DNA of 64,000 nt from the human T2T-CHM13v2.0 reference genome, Homo sapiens, in assembly GCF_009914755.1 (NCBI RefSeq), contig NC_060928.1; one strand, 5' to 3'. Both the position numbers and the translations under genes were made by a program. Shown here in pieces: positions 24,371 to 37,180 of the stretch. How positions within the stretch are numbered: position 1 is the stretch's first letter; each line of letters opens with the position of its first letter. The notes under the pieces were generated by a model that was not told the DNA's origin, ran no database searches, and saw nothing but the letters and a program-made list of their open reading frames with translations.

Positions 24371-26701
24371 AGTTCTCTGATATTTCTAATGTACAAAAAT
24401 GACTCACAAATAGAAGATCACTTACCAAAATGAACAGTAGATAAAATGATGTAATTAAAGTTTTGCATTGAAAACAAAAACAAAGTCTAGTACAGACCTG
24501 AAAGATGGTCTTTCTTTACAGGAATTTCTGAAACACAATTGACTAAAAATGCTTCTCTATCTCTATTTACTGCAAAATAAAGAGTCAAACTTTTTAAAAA
24601 TCAAATCTCATTGTCAAGATTTCACCAAGTTGTGGGGAAAATATCCATTTAATTTGAATAAACTTGTACAGTTCCAAGATAAAACATTCTCATGACAAAT
24701 TTGTGATAAATGGATTTCCTTTAATAGCCAGGAAGGTCTGAAGAGAAAAGGCTTATTTTAAAATAAAATTTGTGATATTATTATTTATAATATGGATTAA
24801 AAATAAAACTTTGATTAATTCATATGAACACTATTTTAGAGATATAGTAAAGATGAATAAAAATCAAAAGATAAAATGTTCTGGGATGGATTTAAGATCC
24901 ACTTTTAAGAACTCAAATTATCCCAGTGTAAAACGTCATGATTTTGATGCCAGAGACTTTAAAGAGCTAGCAAGGGCTGCCCTGCCAGAGGGGAGTTATG
25001 AAAGGATAGAAAACCTGATCTTAATCAAAGATCTCAGAGACCTATAAATAGAAACAGGTGTCTAAATCAGAGACAGACAGAGACCCCAAATAAGAACCAT
25101 CCTTTAGGACACATGCTCGGATCTGGGGATTGTTAAGGGAGCTGAGAAAGTAGCAATTGTTGGAAATGTGCATTAAGAATAGGAAGCATACCTTCATATC
25201 ATATCCTCACTCTCTGTATTCAGCAGGAAAGTAATTCCCACTGGAGGGCCAGGGGGCCCTTAACTCAAAAAAGAAAAAAGAAAAAACTAAGAGTTGCATA
25301 CAAGCTGAAATAAAAACATCAGCCCTTCTTTTCCTCTGATTTCTTCTTTTAAAGAGTCAGGGAAAATGATCATCAGTTTTTAAGGCGGAGTTCTTCCAAG
25401 ATGATGGGAATCACTCATCTGCCATGATCTGGCTTGGGAAAGCATTGTAATTATTGTTATTAAGTGTCTAAGAATCCACAGGGAGATAGGGCATTGTACA
25501 CAGGACACCAAAAAAGCTATAATCTATCACCACATCCTCCCCTGGAAACCCTGGTGACTTGCAGATTGGAAATAGCTGCATTTTGAGGCTATCCAATGGG
25601 AATCGATAATGTAAGAGGGCCTGCTTCCCTCCTGTTCACATGGACTGGAAATCTCCTAAATGTTTTCTGTTATAAATGCTCAAATTTATTAGGTTCAGAA
25701 CAGACCTGGTAAAATTATCATCGACAATAGCTAACACATGATCCTCTATGTTTCACAAGGGTTGTTAGATCCTCCTCAACTGAATGTTCATTTGCCAATC
25801 ATGAATTTCTTGAGAGGTTGCAAAAACAAACACAGGGTCACAAATTAAGAGGCTACCACACAGATATGAAGAGCATCAACAAATTAAGATGAAACATTTC
25901 TAAAATTATAATGATAACGTGACTATGGTGAAAATGTAATTTAAATTAGAGAAACTCAAACTTTTCTTACCACTCTTCAGCCATCTAACTGAAATCACTT
26001 CAATCCCATACAAAGTACTTGGAAGGACTGACTATGTATGTCTTTTGGCTGACAGTTGGATAAACAATCTTAGAGTGTCTATCCTAGTTGTAGCCTGCTG
26101 CCTGGTACATAACAGGGGCTCAGAAAAATATCATAGCATTGGTGAAAGAATGAATGAAAAGAAAAGGGCAACCCAGAAACCTGGCAGGTGTACACTTGGA
26201 GATTTGGAGAACAGTCTTTCTAGAATCAAGACTCCTCAGGATCATATACATTCTTCCATGTAAAGCCTCATGGTAGAACAGCTCTGCTTCTGTCCTGGAA
26301 GGAGTGGCCACCTCTGTTTGCCAGGACGGTCCCCCAAAGGCCTTGCTGTAGCTCCCTAAAGAGCTAAACGCTTTCCTGTTTCAGAGGCGGCACACACATG
26401 CTACTCCATCTGCATGTGGGGGAGTCTACCTCTCCCCATTCGTCTCTACTTACTCTCACATCTCAGCTTAAATACAGTTTCCTCAGAGGGGCCTGCCCAA
26501 GCCCCTACTGTTCTTTCTCACTGAATCTTATTCCCTACATTCACAGTATTTATCATAATTTTTATTACATATTTATTGGCTATTTATTTGTCTAATGTCT
26601 GTATTCTGTCATAAAACTTGAAGCTCCAGAAAGGGGCTGTACCTATTTTGGCTAATAGAGGCCCTAACAATGATTTATAGATCTGTAAATTCTAGGTGGA
26701 T

Positions 26702-27010
26702 ATTTATTTAATTTTTTGAGACAGAGTCTCTTTCTGTTGCCCAGGCTAGAGAGCAGTGGCACAATCTCGGCTCACTGCAACCTCCGCCTCCCAGGTTCAA
26801 GTGATTCTCCTGCCTCCTGCCTCAGCCTCCCGAGTAGCTGAGATTATAGGCATCCACCACCACACACTCAGCTAATTTTTGTATTTTTGGTAGAGATGGG
26901 GTGTCACCATGTCAGCCAGGCTGGTCTTGAACTCCTGACCTCAGGTGATCTGCCTGCCTCGGCCTCTCAAAGTGCTGAGATTACAGGCATGAGCCACCGT
27001 GCCCAGTGGC
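26702..27010 (-). mobile_element. AluS
   Basis: Full dimer in reverse. Confidence 0.9.
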
Positions 27011-27103
27011 TGCATCTACTTTATTCAGCAATTATTACCTAATCTCCAGGCATCATGCCTGACCCAAAAGGATAATAAATATCTGTTTAAAGAATGATAA
27101 TGG

Positions 27104-27375
27104 GGCTTTAGGAGGTCGAGGTGGGTGGATGACTTGAGGTCTGGAGTTCAAGATCAACCTGGCCAACACAGTGAAACCCTGTCTCTACTGAAAAAAAAAA
27201 TACAAAAATTAGCCAGGTGTGGTGGTAGGCAACTATAATTCCAGCTCCTCAGGAAGCGGAGGCAGGAGAATCACTTGAAGCTGGGAGGCAGAGTTTGCAG
27301 TGAGCCAGGATCATGCCACTGTACTCCAACCTGGGTGACAGAGCAAGACTCATCTCAAAAAAAAAAAAAAAAAAA
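27104..27375 (+). mobile_element. AluS, 5'-truncated
   Basis: Alu consensus with long A tail. Confidence 0.88.
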
Positions 27376-27536
27376 GAATGATAACAGGGCCAGAAACGGT
27401 GGCTCCCACTTATTCACCCAGCACTTTGGGAGGCCAAGGTGGGAGGTTTGCTTGAGCCCAGGAGTTTGAGACCAGCCTGGGCAGCATAGCAATACCACAT
27501 CTCTACAAAATTTTTTTTTTTTAATTAGCCAGGCAT

Positions 27537-28219
27537 TGGCCACTGTCCCGTCTAGCAAGTGAGGAGCCCCTCTGCCTGGCTGCCCCATCTGGGAAGTGAG
27601 GAGTGCCTCTGCCTGGCCGCCCAACTGACTGGGAAGTGAGGAACCCTTCTGCCCGGCCACCCAACTGACTGGTAAGAGAGAAGCGCCTCTGCCCGGCTGC
27701 CGCCCTGTCTGGGAGGTGAGGGGCACCTCTGCCCGGCTGCCGCCCCGTCTGGGAAGTGAGGGGCACCTCTGCCCGGCTGCCGCCCAGTCTGGGAAGTGAG
27801 GGGCGCCTCTGCCCGGCTGCCGCCCCGTCTGGGAAGTGAGGGGCGCCTCTGCCCGGCTGCCGCCCCGTCTGGGAAGTGAGGGGCGCCTCTGCCCGGCTGC
27901 CGCCCCGTCTGGGAAGTGAGGGGCGCCTCTGCCCGGCTGCCGCCCCGTCTGGGAAGTGAGGGGCGCCTCTGCCCGGCTGCCGCCCCGTCTGGGAAGTGAG
28001 GGGCGCTTCTGCGCAGCTGCCGCCCCATCTGGGAAGTGAGGGGCGCCTCTGCCCGGCTGCTGCCCCATCTGGGAAGTGAGGGGCGCCTCTGCCCGGCCTC
28101 TGTGCAACCCTCCAAGTGTGAAGTGACAGCCTTGTGTGTGATCTTCCTGCCCTCCCCAAGTTTGCATTTTCAACATTAAAGTTTACTTTTTAATTAAAAG
28201 TTTTAAATTGGAAAAAAAA
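27537..28219 (+). mobile_element. SVA2-like VNTR retroelement (SVA-type 40-bp VNTR + unique 3' end + A tail) inserted in an AluJ
   Basis: Unit GGGCGCCTCTGCCCGGCTGCCGCCCCGTCTGGGAAGTGAG; non-SINE-R 3' end TGTGCAACCCTCCAAGTGTGAAGTGACAGCC...ATTAAA...A-tail; TSD AATTAGCCAGGCAT at 27523-27536 and 28220-28233. Confidence 0.85.
27562..28098 (+). repeat. GC-rich 40-bp VNTR, about 13 units
   Basis: Units start every 40 bp from 27601 to 28081. Five identical copies at 27801-28000. Confidence 0.95.
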
Positions 28220-28550
28220 AATTAGCCAGGCATGGTGGCACAACGACTACAGTCCCAGCTATTCGGGAGGTTGAGGTGGGAGGATCGCCTGAACCCAGGA
28301 GGTCAAGGCTGCAGTGAACTATGATCATACCACTGTACTCCAGTCCAGCTTGGGCAACAGAGTGAGACGCTGTCTCAAAAAAAAAGAATAACAGTAAAAA
28401 CAGTTATCAAAATTCTTTAAAATGCATCATATCATATCTTGAAGTGCAAACACATTCTATGACCACCTGATATGGGATTAAATTGGGGCAGATTTTCATG
28501 AAGCAGTTCCATGGCTACCATGAACATTTACACATGACTCGGCTACTTAC

Positions 28551-28713
28551 CCTTCTGCCAAGAATCTGGTTGATAGCTGCACTTTCTTTTAGAGTACACT
28601 CAGCAACGACATTCGCTCTCATTTCTTTCATGTATAACATAAAAGCATTCAGAGGCTTCTTAATGTGAGGTCTTTTTGGCTCCTGCTCCTTTCTCTGTTC
28701 ATGCTGAGGCTTC
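28551..28713 (-). CDS. LEF1: LEF1 exon 8 (163 bp), first half of HMG box: (V)[54 protein letters not shown]
   Basis: Acceptor CTTTTAG|G, donor AAGG|GTAAGT. Carries the TCF/LEF HMG signature [18 protein letters not shown]. Confidence 0.98.
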
Positions 28714-28793
28714 CTAAAAGGTGGTGGTGGTGGTGGTTAGGGGAAGGGGTTGAAGGAATGAGGAAGGGATGGGGGAGGAGAAAAGCAGAGCAC
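28649..28793 (-). CDS. LEF1: Alternative upstream acceptor of exon 8 (+80 nt), frameshifted HMG-less tail [47 protein letters not shown]
   Basis: TGAGCAG|GTGC acceptor, exon starting at 28793, reading to TGA at 28651-28649. Matches my recollection of the annotated LEF1 '8A' isoform tail. Confidence 0.65.
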
Positions 28794-29112
28794 CTGCTCA
28801 CATGGCTACACTCAGGATGGCGACAACCCTCTCACCCCAGACCACCACCAACTTGGAAGAGCAGTTATTGACTCATTTGACAAAACACTGAGAGGCAAAC
28901 AACCCATCCAATAGGGCTTCCTATCTACTCAGTGACTGAGAATAAAACCCTTTGGTTTGAGAAAGTGGACCTGTCATTATAGAACTATGAACACCAAGTA
29001 GAAATGGACTTGGCATTGTGAAGATGCTCCAGATGGGCTCTGAGGCTGAGGACTTCTCTGGTCCCCTCAGAAGAAGCTGAACACACAGCACAGGTGATCA
29101 TTCCTCTTTCAG

Positions 29113-29292
29113 AATAGAGGTTCTTAACTTTTGCAGGGGGTTAAGGAGCACTTTGAGAAGCTAATAAATCTTTAGACCTTTTCCCCCAAACAAATGCATG
29201 TTGCCTTTGCATACATTCGCAAGGGCTTTATGGACCATCACATGCTGCCTCTCACCCCCACCCTCCCATCCACAAAACCTAGATTAAGAAAC
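29113..29292. mobile_element. hAT-Charlie MITE-like relic
   Basis: AGAGGTTCTTAAC...TTAAGAA terminal inverted similarity. Confidence 0.45.
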
Positions 29293-29822
29293 TAATTACT
29301 CATCTCTTCAGAGTAAATTAATTTAGGCCTGCACTCACAGTCTGAGACAACCCTGGCCCAACAGGGAATCCTGGGCTTTATTTGTTCCTTTCCCTTGAAT
29401 TCTGTGCTGTTGAAGCTTGGAGCCAGGGTAACTGCACTTCCAGAAGAAAGTGCATTAAACCCTCCAATCTACTTCACTCAGGTAGGAACAGGTTCTCCCC
29501 AATAATCTGAACCAAATGAAAATTCAGTGGTAAATGGCTAAACAGCTGAAGAGTCTCGAATGCCTATGTTCTGAAGATTCTTCCATTTTGGTGAGGTTCC
29601 CATGATCTTTTAGGGTCCGTGCTCCTTTGCAACCTCAGAATCAAAATCAGCACAGTAGGAATGAAGCTGCTTAATGTCCTCAGGGACAGAGTTTTCAAGG
29701 CAGAGGTGCATTGAGTTTCACAGCAACACAAAGGGGTGAAGGATCACTGTTGCAAAGGAGCAACAGTGTAGAAATCCTCAGTATCCTAAGGCAATCACAG
29801 CAGAGCCCGGGTGGATACTTAC

Positions 29823-29945
29823 ACGTGCATTAGGTCACTGTCAGTGTGGGGATGTTCCTGTTTGACCTGAGGTGTTACAATAGCTGGATGAGGGATGCCA
29901 GTTGTGTGGGGACCAGGAGGACCGGGAATCATATGATGGGAAAAC
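29823..29945 (-). CDS. LEF1: LEF1 exon 7 (123 bp): (R)[40 protein letters not shown](V)
   Basis: Acceptor CCTTTCAG|G, donor ACGT|GTAAGT. Confidence 0.97.
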
Positions 29946-31916
29946 CTGAAAGGAGGAAAGAGAAGAAAACAATGTACTACTGGCTGTTGCAGCAAAAGCT
30001 AGATGGAATTTCAAAGCAATCCACTAACTGCTACTGGCTAAGAGTAAAAACACATCTTTACGCACAGAAGCATTAACTATAAATTAGAGTGGGCCGATAA
30101 TTATTTTTTTCTTTCTATATTCGGGTGGAAAAAAAAAAGTGAATCATTTTTCTTGCAAAGCAATTTTGAAATAGGAATTTCACGAAAAGTAATTATTGGA
30201 AATATAACACTTTATTTAAGACTTGACTTTTTAAATGATTTTTAAATGAAAGCAAAACACATCATGTTTTAAAATCTCTGCCTATATTCCTAAGCAAACC
30301 ATCACAATGGGAATTTTCTCATATTATTGGCTTCCTCATCCATATTAGGAGGGAACAACTGAGAAAACGGATAGGAATCAGTCTCCCATTTAATAAGGTT
30401 TCCATTAACATCATCCAAAATGATTTTCTGTGCAGAAATACACTAATGTTTCAGAGATCTCATCTTATGGAAAACTGGTAACAGAAATAAGGAGAAGAAT
30501 TTAAAGGAAGGATAAAGTTCTGCATCAAGGTTAAAAACTACACTTGCCAAAGGCTTTTTCCCAAGTACGCTTGAACAGCATTAAAAAAAATCTTAAAATA
30601 TCCACCACCAGCCAACACAAAGGAGGGAAACTGCCAGGCAAGAAAAATAAAATAAAGACAGTATTTTCAATAAGCTCTCTAGATAAATTTGGATATGTTT
30701 TAGAAATTTTTGCTTTTCAAACTTTTTAAAGTAAACATTTAATTCAGCAAGAACAACATTCTCAGGTCTTTCATCACAGCCTACACAATTAATTTCCTTT
30801 TCTTGAAAGGAACTCTGCTAGGATATATATTTTTCAAAAACAAATTTTAAAATATGAAGGAAGCATGGTAAAAATACAAATATTTGACCAAATAATGATG
30901 CTTTGCTAAATGTATTACTTGCAAAAATACATGATGATAGTTATTTGCCTGTGAGAGTTCTATCATCAGATAGTTCTTACAATGTTAAAAAGTATAAAAA
31001 TATGTTTTAAGGGGAAGGATATTAATTCCACCTCCTCCCACAATCAGCTACATTTACAACTCACTGAAAAAAAAAGTTTTTTTAAAGCTGTAATTCACCA
31101 CAGAAACTTTGAATACTATACCCATATAAAAAAGACATATTCACAACCAGTTAATAACCCACCAGTTTGACTTCCGGCACAATAATGCTAGCTCCCTTGA
31201 CAAAGCCACATCGAACACACAGATGATGCACCCCAAATGTGTGTGTACATCAAGCACAGGGCACAGTGCCATCCTCTCCAGAAGCAAAAGCATCACACAC
31301 AGCAGCTTCTCGGTGCGGCGCGGCAGGCCTCCCGAGCTCCGCTGGCATGACCATGTCCACACAGGGCCTGATTCACACACTAGGACGCACACCCTGTATG
31401 GCCTGCCAGCCTGTCCGCACTGTTCTGTCTCTTCTGACAGCCTCCATCCAGGAAGGCTCTAGACTATCTGGGCATTTTCAAACACTGCCGCATCAAACTG
31501 ATACAACTTTCCACAAAGGAAGCAAATTATAGAGCTGAGACCAAACCAGTTTTATCCTCCTCCCTTACCCCACCCCCGGCATATTTTGAATCAAACAAAC
31601 TCTTCTTGTAATGTCCGCTTTCCGGACAGTTCCCATCCCACAGTCAGGCGGCCATGAATTTGTTTGGAGGCAACGCTTTCCAAGGAGGCTGAGTCCATCG
31701 CCCGATGGTGTGGCTGGTCCGGCCGGGGCACAGCGCAGAGCTCCTACCCGGGACTCTCTCTGACACCTAGTGTGGGAGCCAGGCACACTGCACAGACAGA
31801 CACATGGCTGAGGTATGCACCCTCCTAGCCAACCAAAAGGCAAGCAGAGGCGCACAGGATGCAAGCACGAGAAGAGCAACTTGTCCTCGAGCGCCCCAGT
31901 TTCCACCTCCACCTAC

Positions 31917-32000
31917 CTGGACATGGAAGTGTCGACTGACAGTGAGGATGGGTAGGGTTGCCTGAATCCACCCGTGATGGGATATACAGGCTGACCTTGC
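31917..32000 (-). CDS. LEF1: LEF1 exon 6 (84 bp, in-frame cassette exon): (W)QGQPVYPITGGFRQPYPSSLSVDTSMS(R)
   Basis: Acceptor GACCTCAG|G, donor CCAG|GTAGGT. Length is a multiple of 3; skipping of this exon is known for LEF1. Confidence 0.96.
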
Positions 32001-33686
32001 CTGAGGTCACAGAAGAAAGGAACCCATCAATGACAAAACACCAGTTACCAACCAGTAGTAAGAGTTGGATGAGGGGAGAAGAGGGAGATATTCAAACAGA
32101 ATCTTGTGGAAGTATTACAGACCCCGGGATTGTTTCAGAAACGTAACCGTTCCCCTTCCTTACCCTCCACCCAATCAAAGTGTCATTTGCCTTGAAAGAA
32201 ATCTCCCACCCTCAACTTTGAAACAAACCATCCATGAATTACATCTCTTTTATCCCATCCCCTCTCCCAACCCCATTAATGCTTTGAACAAAGTAAGCAC
32301 TTAAATGTTTATTGAATATAACATAACCCTGAGAATAGTGAAATATTCCCTTCAGAGAAGGAGCTGAGTGACTTCTTTATCAGAATCTTTGAGAATTTCA
32401 GGCAAGGGAAGAAAGAAGAAAATAAAACTGTATATTCATATAAAAATAAACATTTTAAAAACACTGTACCATTTCCCCCATATACATGTTAAAGTCAAGA
32501 AATAAAAGATTAATTCACTGGAATTATTTTCTCTCCACCCTGAGAAGTCCATTTTTTCCCTCTGTTCTCTCTACATCTCTCATTTTTCATTTACACAGAC
32601 TTTATTTCCAGCTGCCAGTGGTACGATTCAGCACAGGACTATTGCCCCTAAGTCACTAAGTTCAGACAGAATAATTGATCTAGGTTTGAAAATGTATGCA
32701 TAATCAATTAAGTTCAAGCAGTTACTGACTAAGAGATGTAATGCTAGGGAGAGAGAGAGAGAAAAAGAGAGAAAGCTGGATTGTCCATGGCAGGATGACC
32801 CTTCCTAGCTGAAGAAGGATAATGCAAGGATGTCCAGGTAGGGAGATGGGGTACAATGACATGGGGGCTGTGACATAGAGAGTCAAGTGGAAAAAGGAGA
32901 GAAACAATTGCTTGAGTTGAGAATTATTTCTATGGAGGGAGAATTGGAGAGGGAAGAGTGGAGAGAGCATGGGAGTGGGAGGAGGAAATGTTGTGGGTTA
33001 ATCATAAAATAATAAAAATAGGCTATACCATGTTATTCTTTCTTCCCAAAATATATTTCCTTCACCTTCATAATTGAAAAGATTTTGGAGGCAGCAGTAA
33101 GCATATTTTTAGAAATAAACAACAAAATAAAGAGCACTAGCGTTCATATTCAGAAAAAAAGAAGGCCCCCAAATCAGTTTTTTACTACTCTGAACTCAAA
33201 TTGGATGCTTACTTCATTAACATCCAAAAAATGCTCTTATATTGTTGAATTTCTCTCTAGTTATTTTTGTCATTTACCTCACTTGCCCACTTACAAGTAA
33301 AGGTAGATATTCAATGCGTCTAAATTCATTTTTGAAAAATATAAGTTGTTCATTAAAAAACCTAGAAAAGAAGAACCACACTGAGCACTAACTTTGTACA
33401 GGCATAGCAAATGCCCAAAGCCACAAAGGGAATCCATAAAACTATAAGCTTCAAAGCAAATGCTACAGTCATTTTCTACCCATATTAGCAAACGGATCAA
33501 TCCATTTCAAAGTCTGTATGTTTTTTAATCTTTTAAATTGAAATGAATAAAGTTAGCACCTTGCTTGTTGATGTGAAATTTCTTCAACTCCACAAGTGTT
33601 ACCATTCATAAATCTAATTTCCATGAATGGAAAGTGGAGGAACATGTGTTCAAATGCCTGGCTGAAGGGTGCAGCAAGGTTCTTAC

Positions 33687-33777
33687 CAGCCAAGAGGTGG
33701 GGTGATCTGTCCAACACCACCCGGAGACAAGGGATAAAAAGTAGGGATATCAGGAGCTGGAGGATGTCTGGACATGC
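33687..33777 (-). CDS. LEF1: LEF1 exon 5 (91 bp): (G)MSRHPPAPDIPTFYPLSPGGVGQITPPLG(W)
   Basis: Acceptor TTTAACAG|GC, donor GCTG|GTAAG. Phase matches exons 4 and 6. Confidence 0.97.
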
Positions 33778-35401
33778 CTGTTAAACAGAACAGAGAGGTA
33801 TCATTTACAGATTCACAGGATATTTAACCAGAAATGCAACTACATGTTTTATACCATTCATACTTAAGGTTCAGAATGAAACAATATTTATTCACCAGAT
33901 CCAAGGAACAGGAGTCCATTTGTTAGCTTTTCTCAAGATTTCAACATCTGGGAAAACTGGGCCTTCAGAGAGTATTATCTTAAGGAACTCCTACAGGAGT
34001 AAAGATGCTGCTAGTAATACAATCATCAAAATAGACTTTTAAATTATTTGTTTTGCCCTCAATATTTCACATTATTTAAGAAAATGGTAGACAATTGTTT
34101 TATATAGAATGAGAATGTTTTTTTGTAGAATGGAAAATGACAGCCCTTCGTAAGTAGATGGCTTGCCACAAAGTTCAAGGATTAGGTAAATTGCCATTTT
34201 CATATTTTCATTGGTTCCCTTATGGACATATAGATTTGGGAAATGTGACACCTCAGAGGATCAAAGATTAATTAGGAATCATCTTCAGCCCCATAATGGT
34301 CACATTTGATATGATTCATTTGGTCTCTGTCTAAGCTCTTCATCAAGTTGAGTCCTCTGGGCTGCAAGGTCAAGCTGTTCTGGATTAGCTGAATTCCACA
34401 GAAAATGAAAGTGCCACCAAATTGTTTCTTGAGCTCACAGTCCCTGGAGTACACTGCCCTGTAACTGTGAAAACCACCTAAAGATTATATGTAATCCCAG
34501 TCCCAAGTGACATCCCTTTATACCTTACCCTAGGTACAGAAGAAAAAAATGACAAGACAAATGCATAAAATGTAAAATATAACAACTTAGATTCAATGTG
34601 TTTGGGGGAAAGTGATTCAGAATAGAAAAAAAGCCACAGATGTGTCTTCACATAGCTAATGATGGCTTTAAAAGACCACTTCCATATACAAGCACATATT
34701 CCAAGGTTTAACACCCAGATTATACGTTTAGTGACTGTAAATATTATATACTGGCTAATATGTGGAATTAGATGAGTACATGGAAGATGTTTCTTAAATA
34801 TTCTGCTTTTTACTATTTAAAGTGCCTAGGAATTTCATTTGTATCTTAAAGATACTGAAAGCCTTCACATTGGGAATGACAAGAAGTGCTGTCTTGAAAG
34901 TTGGTGTTAATTCAACTTTGAAGTTAGAACGAACTATTTCTCAATTCTTACAGAAAGTAGGTGGGAAAGAAAAAAGTTCTTTAATTTCTCAACAGAGGGC
35001 TTACCTTAAATCATCTCATGTTTTGCTGTTTTTAAAATAATGGTTTCAAATCTCCTTTATTCAAAAAAATTGTTTTTGTTAGAAATACTGACTCTTTTGG
35101 TTACAGCAGAACATAAATTTTTTACCCTAGGATTTTTTTGGGGTGGGGGAGTTTGCAGTGGTGATTCTTAACATATCAGAATCATTGAGGAGGTTTTTCA
35201 ACTTGCTGCCCCCTTAACTCTGAGATCCAGATACCTCCCCAAATCTCACGGTCTGTAAGGGGATGGCTCAGTCGCGGGGATAAACAAAATAAAATAAAAG
35301 CAATACAATTTGACCAACCCTGAAAAACATCAGAAATGTAGTGAAAATTTCAATGTTTTATTCTATTAACTTGAAAATCGTAGCGGTCACAGACTATCTG
35401 A

Positions 35402-35708
<307 letters not shown>

Positions 35709-36560
35709 TGAATTATCTACTTTAATTCCTCTATTTCACAGGTGTGGAAATTGAGGTCTAGAGGGACCAAGTGACTGTTAAGGCATCTGTTTTCTGTCCT
35801 GAACTTTTGTCACTGGGACATGGAGAGGTAACTTGCTTGCAGTCACATGTCTTTAAGCTTAAACTCTTACTCTCCGTACTACTCCATGTTCTAAGCATGC
35901 TTAGAACACAGCAGTAGTGATACTGTTCAGAAGTGATTCAACAGAACAAAAAATACCAACTAGTTGGATGTCACTCTTCTGCTAGAAGGAAGAAGGAAGG
36001 AACTAGAGGACAGGTCCTATGCTAGGCGTTTGACTCTATAGAAATTCTACTCTTCTTTCAAATGTTCCTCTCATAGGCAATTTTCTCTAACTTACAGCTC
36101 TGAGAAATCTTTCTCCTTTGAATCTACAAGTTTTTTTATTTGTACTTTTAATGCGGTACTTGGGATGCTCTTCATTTTGTTTTATAGTTAGTCTGTGCAA
36201 ATGATTTCCTGCATGAGCTTATATACTGCTTGGAGAAAAAGATCACATTTTACCAATTTATGTATCTAACCATGGTTTTCTGCAGAGGAGCCTCTTAGTT
36301 AATATTTCTGACCAATTGAACAAACAAACAAGTGAAGTCAGAAGTGTTAAAACAGACCCATTCCATATGCTGGGTCAATATTATCAACCACTTGGCATGT
36401 ACATGCAAATACATGATGTGGCTTAGGTCATTATGTGAGCAGAAAGTGGATCTGAGTATTCTAAATAGGTCACTGTCCTTTAAAAATCCTATTTCCAAAG
36501 ATTCTCAGAAGTGTGTGTCTCTCCACCAACTACTATGCCACTGAAGACACATTTCACATC

Positions 36561-36719
36561 ATTTTTTTTTAAGTTTATTTTTTATTTATTTAATTTTTTT
36601 AGAGCTGAGGGGGTCTCACTCTGTTGCCCAGGCTGGCCTCAAACTCGTGGCCTCAAGCGATCCTTGCGTCAGCCTCCTGAGTAGCTGGGATTACAGGCAT
36701 GAACCACATTGTGCCCAGC
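36561..36719 (-). mobile_element. FLAM/Alu monomer
   Basis: Monomer in reverse; TSD CACATTTCACATCATTTT on both sides. Confidence 0.82.
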
Positions 36720-37146
36720 ACATTTCACATCATTTATTCAACTAGTATTTATTGAACACTTACTATGTGCTGGAGGATATACTGAGCGTAGCCTTTAAGA
36801 TTTTTAAACTTGTATAGGTAACTTCTATAGACATAGGTGAAATAATACTGGAGTCAGACTATATGGATATACAGCTCACTAGCTATGCATTTTTGAGGAA
36901 GTTATGTAATTGCTACTGTTTTATAAAATAAGAATAGGACTGTTGTGAAGAATAAATGCATTAATATATGTACTACGGAAAATGCCTGGAGCAAAAGTAT
37001 AAGTATTTGTTGTCATCTGTAAGGATAAAATGGGTAACACATAGATAAAAACAGACATCTAAACCTAGGATTTCCTAAAAGCGCTTTCCTTTTGATATTT
37101 TTACCAGACACATAATGAGAAAATTGACATTAATGTACTGTCCCTT

Positions 37147-37180
37147 ACACACACACACTTACACACACACACACACACAC
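37147..37180. repeat. (CA)n microsatellite
   Basis: Direct reading, one interruption. Confidence 0.9.

Larger units (their letters stand above)
27387..28385 (+). mobile_element. AluJ-like element split by the SVA2-like insertion
   Basis: Left monomer 27387-27536, right monomer resumes 28220-28385. Confidence 0.85.

Noticed and set aside
27562-28098. CRISPR-like array
   Set aside because: Units are contiguous with no unique spacers, there are no cas genes, and the unit is an SVA-type VNTR in a primate intron.
27355-28176. Three long overlapping ORFs (273, 212, 187 aa)
   Set aside because: They arise from a stop-free 40-bp VNTR cycling through frames; the peptides are repetitive with no gene context.
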